In this document: piece after piece, positions 1-9,672 of the stretch
Numbering within the stretch: the first letter of the stretch is position 1
How the letters are laid out: the number at the start of each line of letters is the position of its first letter
Origin: Planctomycetota bacterium
Lineage (GTDB): Bacteria > Planctomycetota > UBA1135
Direction of reading: 5' to 3'
DNA: 64,000 nt
NCBI GenBank assembly: GCA_045047305.1
Contig: JASFYO010000036.1
Location: forward strand, 32,001-96,000
Position numbers and translations under genes: made by a program
The notes under the pieces: generated by a model
Databases searched by the model: none
Seen by the model: the letters and a program-made list of their open reading frames with translations, nothing else
Told to the model about the DNA's origin: nothing

Positions 1-185
1 ATCATGGAGCCACCCACCACCCAGTCGCCCAAACTCAAACCTGCAAAAATGCCAAAGGTGAAGTAAACCACCGGCAACCCGATGTGACTGATTTTGCGCG
101 CGCGGGCTAAGCTCGGCACGGTGCGGTTCACGTACAACGTGAACGCTGCCCAATCTTCAAAGCGCAAGGTGTATTCAAGCTTCAT
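1..185 (-). CDS. Hypothetical membrane protein, 3' end cut by the window edge (possibly YcxB-like)
   Basis: Translated by hand from ATG at 185: MKLEYTLRFEDWAAFTLYVNRTVPSLARARKISHIGLPVVYFTFGIFAGLSLGDWVVGGSM... It stays open to the edge, has a hydrophobic helix and lies just downstream of ccoS. Not in the ORF track. Confidence 0.6.
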   Translation of the reverse strand, partial: MKLEYTLRFEDWAAFTLYVNRTVPSLARARKISHIGLPVVYFTFGIFAGLSLGDWVVGGSM

Positions 186-196
186 GGCGGATGCGG

Positions 197-358
197 CTAA
201 AGGTCTTCAGGCGGGATGGGGTCGTCGTCGAGCAGCATGCGATGGCTTGGCGTATCTAAGTCATCAAATTGACCACGACGGACGGCCCAAGTAAATCCCC
301 ATACTGCAGCCGCGGCAATGAGCAGGGCTAAAGGAAGTACGATGAAGAGAACCGTCAT
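197..358 (-). CDS. ccoS: cbb3-type cytochrome oxidase assembly protein CcoS
   Basis: Translated by hand, 53 aa: MTVLFIVLPLALLIAAAAVWGFTWAVRRGQFDDLDTPSHRMLLDDDPIPPEDL. One TM helix plus the WAxxxGQFDD motif; ATGA overlap with the ccoI stop. Confidence 0.93.
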   Translation of the reverse strand: MTVLFIVLPLALLIAAAAVWGFTWAVRRGQFDDLDTPSHRMLLDDDPIPPEDL

Positions 359-2808
359 GAGGATTGGAAGGATTTAGAGCGCCAAGCAATGCTAACCACA
401 GTCAGCGAACTCACCGGCATCAGGACCGCGGCGACCAAGGGGTTTAGTAAACCGGCCATCGCGAGCGTCACACCAAGTGCATTGTAAGCGAGTGATACCA
501 ACAGATTGCACCGGATGACGCCTACGCTACGAGCAGCTCCCTCGAGCAAACGCGCAATGCCGTTCGTGCCCGGAATGGAAAGGAAAACGTCGGCGGCGGC
601 GAGGGAAGCTTCGGCACTTCCATGCACGGCAATCCCTACATCTGCGGCGGCGAGTGCAGCGGCATCGTTCCAACCATCTCCGACCATAAGCACCGGTCGG
701 GGGTGGGACGACGCCTTTTCTTTTGCCATAAATGCTTCCACCATTTCCAGCTTAGCCTCAGGAGTCATTTCGCCCTTGCAACGTTCCGGATCGATTTCCA
801 GTTTTCGTGCCACCGCTTGCACTACCGAGGGGTGGTCGCCCGACAACATGTGCAACTCCCAACCCTTCTGCTTGAGCTTTTGCACCACCTCCCGGGCATC
901 GGCTTGCAGCGGATCGCCGATTCCAGCAACCACAACTTCATCACCCTGGCAAATGGCCACCGGCGAAAGTGCTTGGGCAATCACGGTATCCAGTTGCTCT
1001 TGTGGAACGACCAGCCCCATGGACTGCACCCACGCCGGAGAGCCAATGCAATATTGCACTCCACCGACCTTGCCCCGAACCCCTCCTCCAGGGATGACCG
1101 CAAGCTCCGCGACGGCCGGTAACTCCACATCCTCCGCGACTAAGTCGCGCAAGGCTAAGGCGAAAGGATGGGAAGCGTGTTGCTCCAATGCTGCGGTGGC
1201 GGCAGCTAGCTTTCTACTACCTACCCAATGCACCACCGACATTTTGCCTTGCGTCAGAGTGCCGGTCTTATCTAACAACAAAATACCTGGCTTCGACAAG
1301 CGCTCCAATGCATCGCCGCCCTTGATTAGAATTCCGGCTCGTGCTGCACGTCCGACCGCAGCAACCACGGCAAGTGGAGTGGCGAGTCCAAGTGCACACG
1401 GGCAAGCCACGATGAGGAGTGCGATGGCATGTTCCAGCGCATCGGTCGAACCTTGGTAGGTCCAAAAGGCATAAGTTATAAAAGCCAAGGCTAAAACCAC
1501 GATGGTAAAGGTGCCAGAAACCCGATCGGCCAAACGTACCATTTTGCCTGGGCGTTTCGCATACTCCTCCACTAACTGCATCAAACGCCCGACGCGACTG
1601 TCTTCTCCACTCGCCTTAACCTCGAGTTCCACACGCTCGCCGAGGTTAATGCTCCCGGCATAAACCACATCGCCAGGATGAAATTTCTTCGGCGCGGACT
1701 CTCCGCTAAGCACTTTCAAATCAAAGCTTGTACTGGCCGAAAGTAAGGTGCCATCGGCCGGAATGGTTTCGCTACCTAACACCTCGATGCGGTCGCCAGG
1801 CCGGAGCGACAAAATCGGGACTTGCTCGCTGCCGTGCTGCAAAATCCGCGTAGCAGATCCAGGCGTGAGCGCATGCATGAGTTCCAGGGCCTCGTACGCC
1901 CGACGTTGCTGTTTTTGCTGCACGAAACGTCCGACCAAAAGGAAGAACACTAAAATCGCTACCGACTCGAAGTAGACCTCCCCGATGTTGTGAAAGGTGT
2001 TCCAGGCACCGCCCAAAAATCCAGCACTCAGTCCAAGTGCAATCGGTAGGTCCATATGCGGAGTGCGTGTACGTAAGGCTGCCCATGCTCCACGAAAAAA
2101 AATGCGTCCGGGCCACAACAAAATGAGTGCGGTTAATCCCAACGAACTCCAACGGAAGAAATTGCGGTACACATCTTCCATGCCGGAAAGAAAACCGCCA
2201 TAGAGCGCGAAGGCAATCATCATCACGTTGCCCGCAATCGCTCCAGCCACTCCAATCCGCATCAAGGCTGCCCGCGATTCCGCACGCCGACGCTCTTGCT
2301 CTTCTCCCTCCACCACCGGATGCGGTGGATAACCCAAACGATCCAAGGCCACCGCGATTTGCGCCAAGGAGACGATGCCTTCTTGCCATTGCAACTGCAC
2401 TAAAGAGCGTCCCATATCTAAGCGCGACTCAATCAAACCCGGAAGGATGCTGGGCAATTTCTCAACTAGCCATACGCAAGCTGCGCAATGCACCCCTTCC
2501 AAAAAGAAAGTTGTATGCGCAATGCCATCCTGAACCTCGACATAACGATCTTGGAAATCGGCATGATCAAATTCAAAAAAAGCGCGTCCGGAACTCACCG
2601 CGGGCCGTGCATCGTCCTGGGTGTTGGCGACTAAATCGTAGTAGCGCTGCAATCCAAACGACTGCAATGTTTCAAAAACCACCTTGCACCCAGCACAACA
2701 GAACTGGTGTTGCGCTCCCGCCTCGACCAAACCCTCGGGCACCGGAAGACTGCAGTGAGTGCAGTCGACCTTAGTGGCCGTGGGCTTCGACTGGGGTACT
2801 GGGTTCAC
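355..2808 (-). CDS. ccoI: Cu-translocating P1B-type ATPase CcoI/FixI
   Basis: N-terminal CxxC...FCCxGC, HMA motif HCAAC, intramembrane CPC, DKTGT phosphorylation site, MVGDGWND; located in the cco operon. Confidence 0.93.
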   Translation of the reverse strand: MNPVPQSKPTATKVDCTHCSLPVPEGLVEAGAQHQFCCAGCKVVFETLQSFGLQRYYDLVANTQDDARPAVSSGRAFFEFDHADFQDRYVEVQDGIAHTTFFLEGVHCAACVWLVEKLPSILPGLIESRLDMGRSLVQLQWQEGIVSLAQIAVALDRLGYPPHPVVEGEEQERRRAESRAALMRIGVAGAIAGNVMMIAFALYGGFLSGMEDVYRNFFRWSSLGLTALILLWPGRIFFRGAWAALRTRTPHMDLPIALGLSAGFLGGAWNTFHNIGEVYFESVAILVFFLLVGRFVQQKQQRRAYEALELMHALTPGSATRILQHGSEQVPILSLRPGDRIEVLGSETIPADGTLLSASTSFDLKVLSGESAPKKFHPGDVVYAGSINLGERVELEVKASGEDSRVGRLMQLVEEYAKRPGKMVRLADRVSGTFTIVVLALAFITYAFWTYQGSTDALEHAIALLIVACPCALGLATPLAVVAAVGRAARAGILIKGGDALERLSKPGILLLDKTGTLTQGKMSVVHWVGSRKLAAATAALEQHASHPFALALRDLVAEDVELPAVAELAVIPGGGVRGKVGGVQYCIGSPAWVQSMGLVVPQEQLDTVIAQALSPVAICQGDEVVVAGIGDPLQADAREVVQKLKQKGWELHMLSGDHPSVVQAVARKLEIDPERCKGEMTPEAKLEMVEAFMAKEKASSHPRPVLMVGDGWNDAAALAAADVGIAVHGSAEASLAAADVFLSIPGTNGIARLLEGAARSVGVIRCNLLVSLAYNALGVTLAMAGLLNPLVAAVLMPVSSLTVVSIAWRSKSFQSS

Positions 2809-3514
2809 AACAAGCAGGCGTGGTTTGCCCCGCTACTTGAGCCGCGGCAAAGGAAGGTACATCCAGGCGTCCGAGAACGGCCATTAAGCCGACCACAACC
2901 AAGAGCACCGCAGAAAAGGAAGGTACATGACGCTGCATCGGACCTGCAAGTTTTTGCACGCCGACACCTACTGCTGCGAGCGCTGGAACCGTTCCCGCCC
3001 AGAAAACCATCATGCTGACGGCACCCCACCACGGACTTCCAGTGGCTGCAGCCCCGGCTGCGAATAGATAAAGCCAACCGCAGGGTAATAAGGCTGTGAG
3101 CAGCCCCAAAGTGAGGCCACGTAAAAGTGGTCCACGTTGGGTCACTTTGGAGAATCCAGCTTGATAAAAGCGCTGCAAAAAAGCGGGAACCGGAAGCTTG
3201 ACCTGCTTTCCACGTACACGCAGTAAAAGAATGGCGCCGTAAGAAATCATCATCAGGCCGGCAAGCATGATGGCAATACGTCCGAGGCCGAGTGCATTAC
3301 CGCCAAGATCAATGGCAGCTCCGAAACTTCCGGCGAGAAAACCAATCAAGCTGTAGCTGAGAAAACGTCCGCCGTGATACGCAAGTTGTGCATGCTGGCG
3401 TGCGCCGGATTGGGGGGATGCGGAAAGAAAGGCCACCACGCCTCCGCACATGCCCGCGCAGTGCAAGCTCCCCAACAGGCTTGCCACAAACACGGTGCCG
3501 AGTAGGGTTATCAT
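2771..3514 (-). CDS. DsbD_2 / TauE-SafE-like cbb3 assembly membrane protein
   Basis: SLHCAGMCG and LLPCGWLY motifs, several TM helices, usual position in cco clusters. Confidence 0.85.
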   Translation of the reverse strand: MITLLGTVFVASLLGSLHCAGMCGGVVAFLSASPQSGARQHAQLAYHGGRFLSYSLIGFLAGSFGAAIDLGGNALGLGRIAIMLAGLMMISYGAILLLRVRGKQVKLPVPAFLQRFYQAGFSKVTQRGPLLRGLTLGLLTALLPCGWLYLFAAGAAATGSPWWGAVSMMVFWAGTVPALAAVGVGVQKLAGPMQRHVPSFSAVLLVVVGLMAVLGRLDVPSFAAAQVAGQTTPACCEPSTPVEAHGH

Positions 3515-4008
3515 GATTTGGAAACTTGGATTTCGCGATCAACGATTTCCCTTAAATCTCCACTCCAAAGTTCTTCGCCACGAGTGAACTGCAATTGCCA
3601 GCGCCAGATCCCGGAGCGCCGCAACGGAATTTGGGTTGCGTAAGTGCCTGGTATTGCTTCGAGCAGCTGCGGCTCAAAAAACTGTTTTGGATAAGCGTTG
3701 TGAAAGGCTTTCAAGTGACTGGTCAATCCTGTCACCGGATGGCCATCACGATCGGTGATGACAAAAGCCACATCGGAATTGCCTTTGGACTGCGCATGCG
3801 TAGTCTGAAATACGACCTTCCAGCCGAGAGCCTCTGAGGCACGCACCTCTTCCATGTGCGCATCCCAATTTTCCGCGGCCTCATAATAATTCTCCACCGC
3901 AGCAAAGTGAGGGTCGCCAAGCGCCAATTGAATCCGCCATACGGCAAAAATAACCGTTGAGAAAAGGACCCAAAAGGGCATCCACTTCCAGGCATTTTCG
4001 GCTTTCAT
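3511..4008 (-). CDS. ccoH: FixH/CcoH family protein
   Basis: N-terminal TM, ENYYE...WD motif, YtkA-like beta domain (PGTY...GIWRW); lies between ccoG and ccoI. Confidence 0.8.
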   Translation of the reverse strand: MKAENAWKWMPFWVLFSTVIFAVWRIQLALGDPHFAAVENYYEAAENWDAHMEEVRASEALGWKVVFQTTHAQSKGNSDVAFVITDRDGHPVTGLTSHLKAFHNAYPKQFFEPQLLEAIPGTYATQIPLRRSGIWRWQLQFTRGEELWSGDLREIVDREIQVSKS

Positions 4009-4012
4009 GATT

Positions 4013-5395
4013 TCACTTAGAGCTTACCAGATTGGGACCAAATAGGGTCTTCTCTAGCTTGGCGTGGAACTCTTCCCCGTCACTAATGGTGATGTGCAAC
4101 ATGGCTTTACCCTCGATAAAACTTTCCGCCGGAGTAAACACAGGAAGGTTCACTTTCTGCATGCCGTAAGCCTCCAAGGTGATTGGGAAAGGATTTCCTT
4201 TGACCACAGAAGGCCCTTGCACCTCCAGGGTGTAAGTACGTGATTCGGGTGAGCGGTTGCTAATCCGCAAGCTCACTGGCTGCACGATTTCGTTGCCAGA
4301 CTGCGCCGGCACCGAACCTTGGTTGCGTAAGATCATCGCTTCTGAGGATGCGCGGTGGCTCAAGCCAAATCCTAGTCCGCCAAAAATAGCCAGCAGCAAA
4401 AGCGGGTAGACCACTAGGCGTGGACGAAACTTCTTACGCATGACGCCCGCTAGTGAATTTTGTGAGGCAAAACGAATTAAGCCCTTGGGCCTTTCAATTT
4501 TCTCCATCACCGTATCGCAAGCATCGATGCATTGAGTGCAGGCAATGCATTCCAATTGCAGTCCGTCGCGGATATCAATCCCGGTTGGGCATGCTGCCAC
4601 GCACAAACCACAGTCAATACAGTCCCCTTGGCTGTCGACATTCTCGACATGACTCTTTTTGCCACGCGGCTCGCCACGTTTTTCATCGTATCCCACAATC
4701 AAGGAGTCGCGGTCAAGTAGCACTGATTGCAAACGCGCATACGGACACACCAAAGTGCACATTTGCTCGCGGAAGAATACGAAGTCGAACATCATCAGTG
4801 CAGTCACAGCAAGGACCACGCCAAATGCAGCTGGGTGATCGCCAGGCATATGCCAGCTCCAGGACCAAACTTCTGCGGGGCCAGCAAAGTAAGCGAGGAA
4901 GGTATTCGATAGATGAAGCGAGAACACCAAGAAGATGGCGTACTTCAGAACCTTGCGCCACAAGGCCACCTTCTTTTTGGAGTTACCGCTTTTGTTGCCC
5001 TCGGCCCAACGTTCGATCGGGCGGTAAAGGAATTCCAGGTACACCGTTTGTGGACAAGCCCAACCGCACCAACCGCGTCCGAGAATAGCGGTAATCAGGA
5101 AGATTCCGAAGAACACCCCAATCAAGAGCAAGGCCAGCAACAAGACCTCGGTGGGTTGGAAAGTGGTGCCGAAGAAAGTGAATTCACGGTGCACCACATC
5201 CAGCAGCATGACTGGGCGTCCCCCAATCGTCATCCACGGGATGGCGCTGAACATGATCATCAAAATCCACGCCACCACACGACGCCGGCTCCACCATTTC
5301 CCCATAGCGGCCTTAGGGCGTATCCAACGACGGGTGCCGTCTGGATTTAAGGTCGAAAGGACGCGTTCTAGGGGATCCACCAAGTTGTCTGACAT
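4013..5395 (-). CDS. ccoG: Cytochrome c oxidase accessory protein CcoG (4Fe-4S)
   Basis: GRGWCGWACPQT, CTLVCPY, CIDCGLCVAACP and CIACTQCIDAC motifs. Start placed at ATG 5395, which has a GGAG RBS. Confidence 0.95.
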   Translation of the reverse strand: MSDNLVDPLERVLSTLNPDGTRRWIRPKAAMGKWWSRRRVVAWILMIMFSAIPWMTIGGRPVMLLDVVHREFTFFGTTFQPTEVLLLALLLIGVFFGIFLITAILGRGWCGWACPQTVYLEFLYRPIERWAEGNKSGNSKKKVALWRKVLKYAIFLVFSLHLSNTFLAYFAGPAEVWSWSWHMPGDHPAAFGVVLAVTALMMFDFVFFREQMCTLVCPYARLQSVLLDRDSLIVGYDEKRGEPRGKKSHVENVDSQGDCIDCGLCVAACPTGIDIRDGLQLECIACTQCIDACDTVMEKIERPKGLIRFASQNSLAGVMRKKFRPRLVVYPLLLLAIFGGLGFGLSHRASSEAMILRNQGSVPAQSGNEIVQPVSLRISNRSPESRTYTLEVQGPSVVKGNPFPITLEAYGMQKVNLPVFTPAESFIEGKAMLHITISDGEEFHAKLEKTLFGPNLVSSK

Positions 5396-5456
5396 CGTTC
5401 TGCTCCAGTCCACTCAGTGTGATTTTGCCAAGCAAGGTTCCAAGGCAAACATGGAA

Positions 5457-6059
5457 TTATTGACTACCCCAAGCAGGCATTTTCTCGCCTTCCGCTGCCT
5501 TCGGATTGGCAGGTGTGGTGCCACGCAAACTAGCAACGAAAACCGCGACATCTGCGATTTCGTTCTCGTTCATAGTGGCAGACTGCGACAACATTGCAGT
5601 ACCTGGAACACCATGGGTGATGACTCTCACGATGTCTTCCATCGACTGAATGTTCTTACCGAAATCGTCGCAGAAGTTGGGTCCTAGTCCGATGACGCCT
5701 CCACCATCCGGCGCATGGCATGCGGTGCACCCTACAGTCGCAAACTTAGCTTTCCCGCGAGCAAGGTGGGCTGGATCTTGCATCAAAGCAAACAATCCTT
5801 CTGCACTGGTATCTGCTTGTGGACGTGCCGCTTCCCGCGCAAGCTGAGCCGCGACATCGGCCTCGTAATGATCGTAGACCGTGTTGCCGTCGGCAAAGTG
5901 GTACCACCAGGTGTAAGGGATTGCGAACAGGATCGATCCCAGGAAAATGGCTTTCCACCATCCAGGCAACGGATTATCGAATTCCTGAATGCCATCGTAA
6001 TTGTGCTCGAGGAGGATGTCCTCTTGTGTTGAGTCCGGAAGTTTTTGCTGATCAGACAT
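5457..6059 (-). CDS. ccoP: cbb3 oxidase subunit III, monoheme
   Basis: FixP N-terminal motif HNYDGIQEFDNPLPGWW, a single CxxCH (CTACH), distal Met in GTAM. Confidence 0.92.
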   Translation of the reverse strand: MSDQQKLPDSTQEDILLEHNYDGIQEFDNPLPGWWKAIFLGSILFAIPYTWWYHFADGNTVYDHYEADVAAQLAREAARPQADTSAEGLFALMQDPAHLARGKAKFATVGCTACHAPDGGGVIGLGPNFCDDFGKNIQSMEDIVRVITHGVPGTAMLSQSATMNENEIADVAVFVASLRGTTPANPKAAEGEKMPAWGSQ

Positions 6060-6246
6060 TGCGCGTCTCCTTTGCGCGGGAGTCCGGAGTGGAAGCGAGT
6101 TGGCCTTCCTCTAAGGGCAACCTGGATTCAGTTGGGAACTGCTTCGCGCGGCGCGAGAAGAAGGCCCATAGAATCACGCCGACGAAAAAGAGGCAAAAAA
6201 ACAACATGGTCATCTGCTTGATGAAAGAGAGATTGAAGTATTCCAC
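6052..6246 (-). CDS. ccoQ: cbb3 oxidase subunit IV
   Basis: 64 aa, one TM, F..VILWAF...F...SRLPLE pattern; lies between ccoNO and ccoP. Confidence 0.85.
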   Translation of the reverse strand: MEYFNLSFIKQMTMLFFCLFFVGVILWAFFSRRAKQFPTESRLPLEEGQLASTPDSRAKETRNV

Positions 6247-8462
6247 TACTTGCCCCCCTCGCCAAGATTCCCATCGTTGGATGTGGTCTCAGGCATCTTG
6301 CCGATGTCGGTTCCGAGGCGTTGCAGATAAGCGATGAGCGCAACCACTTGTTTGGTTTCAAACCCGCTCAGGCTTGCACTCTCCTTTTCGATCTGCGCTG
6401 CAATCTGCGCTGCCTGCTGCCGCGCATTTTCAGCACCATTGGCGATTTCCTCATCCGTGTAAGGCACACCTAAAATTTGGTTCGCCTTCATGTGGCGCGG
6501 AATGACATCGAAATCAATCTCCTTCTTGAGCATGTGCGCATAAGGAGGCATGATCGATCCGACCGACGTCTCCTGTGGGTCATTCAAGTGCCGCAGGTGC
6601 CAGCTTGCCGTCAGCGGACGGGTGCCCACACGATGCAAATCTGGGCCAATGCGTCGAGAGCCCCACTGGAATGGGTGGTCGTACACAAACTCGCCTGCCT
6701 TGCTGTACTCACCGAATCTCTCGGTTTCAAAGTGCAACGGGCGCACCATTTGCGAGTGACAGTTGTAGCAACCTTCTGCGACGTACATATCACGACCAGC
6801 CAACTCCAATGGCGTGTACGGTTTCACTGAGGCAATGGTTGGCACATTGGAATCGATGACGAAGGTTGGAATGATCTCGAACAAGGATGCCGAGACAATG
6901 GCAACCACAACCCAAATGGTAAATTTGAGCGGCTTGCCTTCCCAAGCGCGGTGCCAGTTCATGGCCCGGAAGCCACCGGTGCTTGGAGCAGCCTTGTAGT
7001 TCGGATCCAAAGCAGGTGCTTCGTAAACCGGTTCCGCATAAGTAGCTGGGCGGTTCTTCCAGGTAAGTATGAGGTTCGTCAATCCGAGAATGGCGCCGGT
7101 CAAGTAGAGGCCACCACCGAATGCGCGAATCCAGTACATCGGGATGAGAGGTCTGACGGTCTCGAGGAAGTCTGGATATTCCAAGGTCCCTTCAGCAGTG
7201 AACGCGCGCCACATCAAGCCTTGAGTCAGGCCAGCCGCGTAAATCGCCACGATGTAAAGCACAATGCCGATGGTGCCCATCCAGAAGTGCATGTTGACCC
7301 ACTTTGGTTTGGCGACCTCTGTCTGGAACAAACGGGGCATCAGCCAGTAAACCATGCCGAAAATCATGAAGCCCACCCAACCGAGAGTGCCGGCATGCAC
7401 GTGCGCGATAGTCCAGTCGGTGTAGTGGCTCAACGAGTTCACCGACTTAATCGACAGTAATGGACCCTCGAAAGTGGACATGCCGTAAAAGGTGATGGCC
7501 ACAACGTAAAATTTAAGGATAGGGTCGGTTGATACGCGGTGCCAAGCGCCACGCAAAGTCAGTAAACCGTTCAACATACCGCCCCAAGACGGCATCCACA
7601 GCATCACCGAAAACAGCATGGCTAAGGTCGATGCCCATTCCGGCAACGCGGTGTAATGCAGATGGTGAGGTCCGGCCCAGATGTAGATAAACACCAGGGA
7701 CCAAAAGTGCAGAATGGACAGTTTGTAACTGAACACCGGGCGCTCAGCAGCCTTCGGCAAGAAGTAGTACATCAGGCCGAGGAAGGGCGTGGTCAAAAAG
7801 AAGGCCACTGCATTATGTCCATACCACCACTGCATGAAGGCGTCTTGGACACCAGCGTACAGCGAGTAAGACTTCATCGGGCCGGCGATCACCCACAGGT
7901 TGTTAAAGATATGCAGAACCGCAATCGCGATAATCGTTGCGATGTAGAACCACAGCGCCACATACAAGTGACGTTCGCGGCGAATCTTCAAGGTGCCGAA
8001 AAAGTTAACCGCAAACACCAACCAGATGATGGTGATAGCGATGTCGATTGGCCATTCCAGTTCCGCGTATTCCTTACCTTGGGTAAAACCAAACGGCAGC
8101 GTGAACACCGCGGACAAAATAATCGTCTGCCAACCCCAGAAGTGAATGTTCGACAACTTGTCGCTGAACATCCTCGTTTTCAATAAGCGCTGACTGGAGT
8201 AATACACTGCCGCAAAAATTCCGTTGCCGGCAAAAGCGAAAATCACTGCATTGGTATGCAGCGGGCGAAGACGTCCGAAGGTGGTCCACTCAAGTCCAAG
8301 GTTGAAACGGGAGTCTGCGAGTTGCAGCGCGATGATGACACCGACCAAGAGGCCTACAACCCCCCAGATAAAGCATGCGAATACGAATTTACGGACAATG
8401 CCGTCGTCGTATGTGAATCGTTCGAGTGCTCTCGCCGTAACGGAAGAAGTCAGATCGTTCAT
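6246..8462 (-). CDS. ccoNO: Fused cbb3 oxidase subunits I and II (CcoN-CcoO)
   Basis: CcoN motifs RLRPLHTN, QWWYGHN, WAGPHHLH and WTIAHVH, then in the same frame CcoO motifs EGCYNCHSQM, WGSRRIGPDL and SIMP. Start at ATG 8462 is likely. Confidence 0.96.
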   Translation of the reverse strand: MNDLTSSVTARALERFTYDDGIVRKFVFACFIWGVVGLLVGVIIALQLADSRFNLGLEWTTFGRLRPLHTNAVIFAFAGNGIFAAVYYSSQRLLKTRMFSDKLSNIHFWGWQTIILSAVFTLPFGFTQGKEYAELEWPIDIAITIIWLVFAVNFFGTLKIRRERHLYVALWFYIATIIAIAVLHIFNNLWVIAGPMKSYSLYAGVQDAFMQWWYGHNAVAFFLTTPFLGLMYYFLPKAAERPVFSYKLSILHFWSLVFIYIWAGPHHLHYTALPEWASTLAMLFSVMLWMPSWGGMLNGLLTLRGAWHRVSTDPILKFYVVAITFYGMSTFEGPLLSIKSVNSLSHYTDWTIAHVHAGTLGWVGFMIFGMVYWLMPRLFQTEVAKPKWVNMHFWMGTIGIVLYIVAIYAAGLTQGLMWRAFTAEGTLEYPDFLETVRPLIPMYWIRAFGGGLYLTGAILGLTNLILTWKNRPATYAEPVYEAPALDPNYKAAPSTGGFRAMNWHRAWEGKPLKFTIWVVVAIVSASLFEIIPTFVIDSNVPTIASVKPYTPLELAGRDMYVAEGCYNCHSQMVRPLHFETERFGEYSKAGEFVYDHPFQWGSRRIGPDLHRVGTRPLTASWHLRHLNDPQETSVGSIMPPYAHMLKKEIDFDVIPRHMKANQILGVPYTDEEIANGAENARQQAAQIAAQIEKESASLSGFETKQVVALIAYLQRLGTDIGKMPETTSNDGNLGEGGK

Positions 8463-8625
8463 GATTTTTAGAAGTCCTGCGGAATGGCAGAACGGCATGA
8501 TACTGCCTCCCTAAAGCAATAAAATAGTATTTACTCTTATTTCAAAAGGCTTACTCTAAGGTATCTTGAAACCTTTTCCCGGAATTTGGCCTGATCCAGG
8601 AATGGCAACATAATTCTCTATTGTC

Positions 8626-9654
8626 TCAAATCCGTAACAATACTTTGCCGAAGGCTTTACGCCCTGAAACCCTTTCATGGGCACTGGCGACATCCATCAA
8701 ATCAAACTTGGAGTCAATCACAGGGCTCAATTTCCCCTGAAACACCAGCTGCGAGAGCTGCTTCACCTCTCCGAGCCCGCCCATCGTGCTACCGAGCAAA
8801 CTTAAACTCTTAAAGAAGATTGGAGCGAAATTTATTTCCATTTCAGCTCCGCTAGTCACGCCACAGGTCACCAAGCGTCCACCTTTCGCCAACGCCCAAA
8901 TCCCTTTGGGAAGAGTATCCACACCTATGTGATCCACAATGACATCTAGCCCGGCCTTCTGCGTCCAAGCCTTGGCAGCTTGAACCCAGTCTTCGGTACG
9001 GTAGTTGACGCCAAAGTCCGCGCCATTCCCCAGGCCTTGAGCTACCTTTTCATCGCTGCCGGCAGTCACCATCACCGATGCCCCGTGCAGCTTTGCGATT
9101 TGAGTTGCCGCAACCGAAACTCCGCTTCCTGCAGCGTGCACCAACACTTTGTCCCAGGCCTTTAGTTGGCAGCGCGTCATCAGCATGTGCCAGGCAGTTA
9201 AAAATGTGAGCGGGAAAGCTGCTGCCTCATCTAATGGGAAGTCATCGGGTACGGGAATCAAGTTTTCTGCGCGCACTACCGCAAACTCAGCATTACCCCC
9301 ATCGCAAGTCTCTCCGTAGATCCCATAGTCCCGCGCCAAATTGTGGTGGCCTGCGGCAGCTTGCACGCTTGGTGCTACGGTAAAACCAGGAGCGATAGTC
9401 ACCCGTTGGCCGAGAACCGAGGCATCGACGCCAGCTCCCAACTTTTCGACCACCCCACTAAAATCACAGCCTGGCGTGATAGGAAATGGAAACTTGTGGC
9501 CGGGGACGCCTCGCCTCACCCAAGTGTCTAGATGGTTGAGTGCAGCCCATGCGACTTGAATGCGCACTTCCAGAGGACCGGGTTCCGGAACAGGGATCTG
9601 CTCTAGGCGGAGGACGTCGAAGGATCCGTGCTCATGGATGCGGACAGCTTGCAT
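8626..9654 (-). CDS. MDR-family zinc-type dehydrogenase / quinone oxidoreductase
   Basis: ALNHLD, PGCDFSGVV, AAGSGV nucleotide-binding loop, C-terminal FGKVLL. Confidence 0.88.
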   Translation of the reverse strand: MQAVRIHEHGSFDVLRLEQIPVPEPGPLEVRIQVAWAALNHLDTWVRRGVPGHKFPFPITPGCDFSGVVEKLGAGVDASVLGQRVTIAPGFTVAPSVQAAAGHHNLARDYGIYGETCDGGNAEFAVVRAENLIPVPDDFPLDEAAAFPLTFLTAWHMLMTRCQLKAWDKVLVHAAGSGVSVAATQIAKLHGASVMVTAGSDEKVAQGLGNGADFGVNYRTEDWVQAAKAWTQKAGLDVIVDHIGVDTLPKGIWALAKGGRLVTCGVTSGAEMEINFAPIFFKSLSLLGSTMGGLGEVKQLSQLVFQGKLSPVIDSKFDLMDVASAHERVSGRKAFGKVLLRI

Positions 9655-9672
9655 CCAGGAATACTAGCGCCG

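Noticed and set aside
94..294. 66-aa + strand ORF
   Set aside because: Antisense shadow of ccoS and the downstream minus-strand gene; no motif.
506..1459. 317-aa + strand ORF
   Set aside because: Lies antisense within ccoI and has the Ser/Ala/Thr-rich composition typical of shadow ORFs.
8463..8625. FNR/Anr box upstream of ccoNO
   Set aside because: The region is AT-rich, but no TTGAT-N4-ATCAA match was found.
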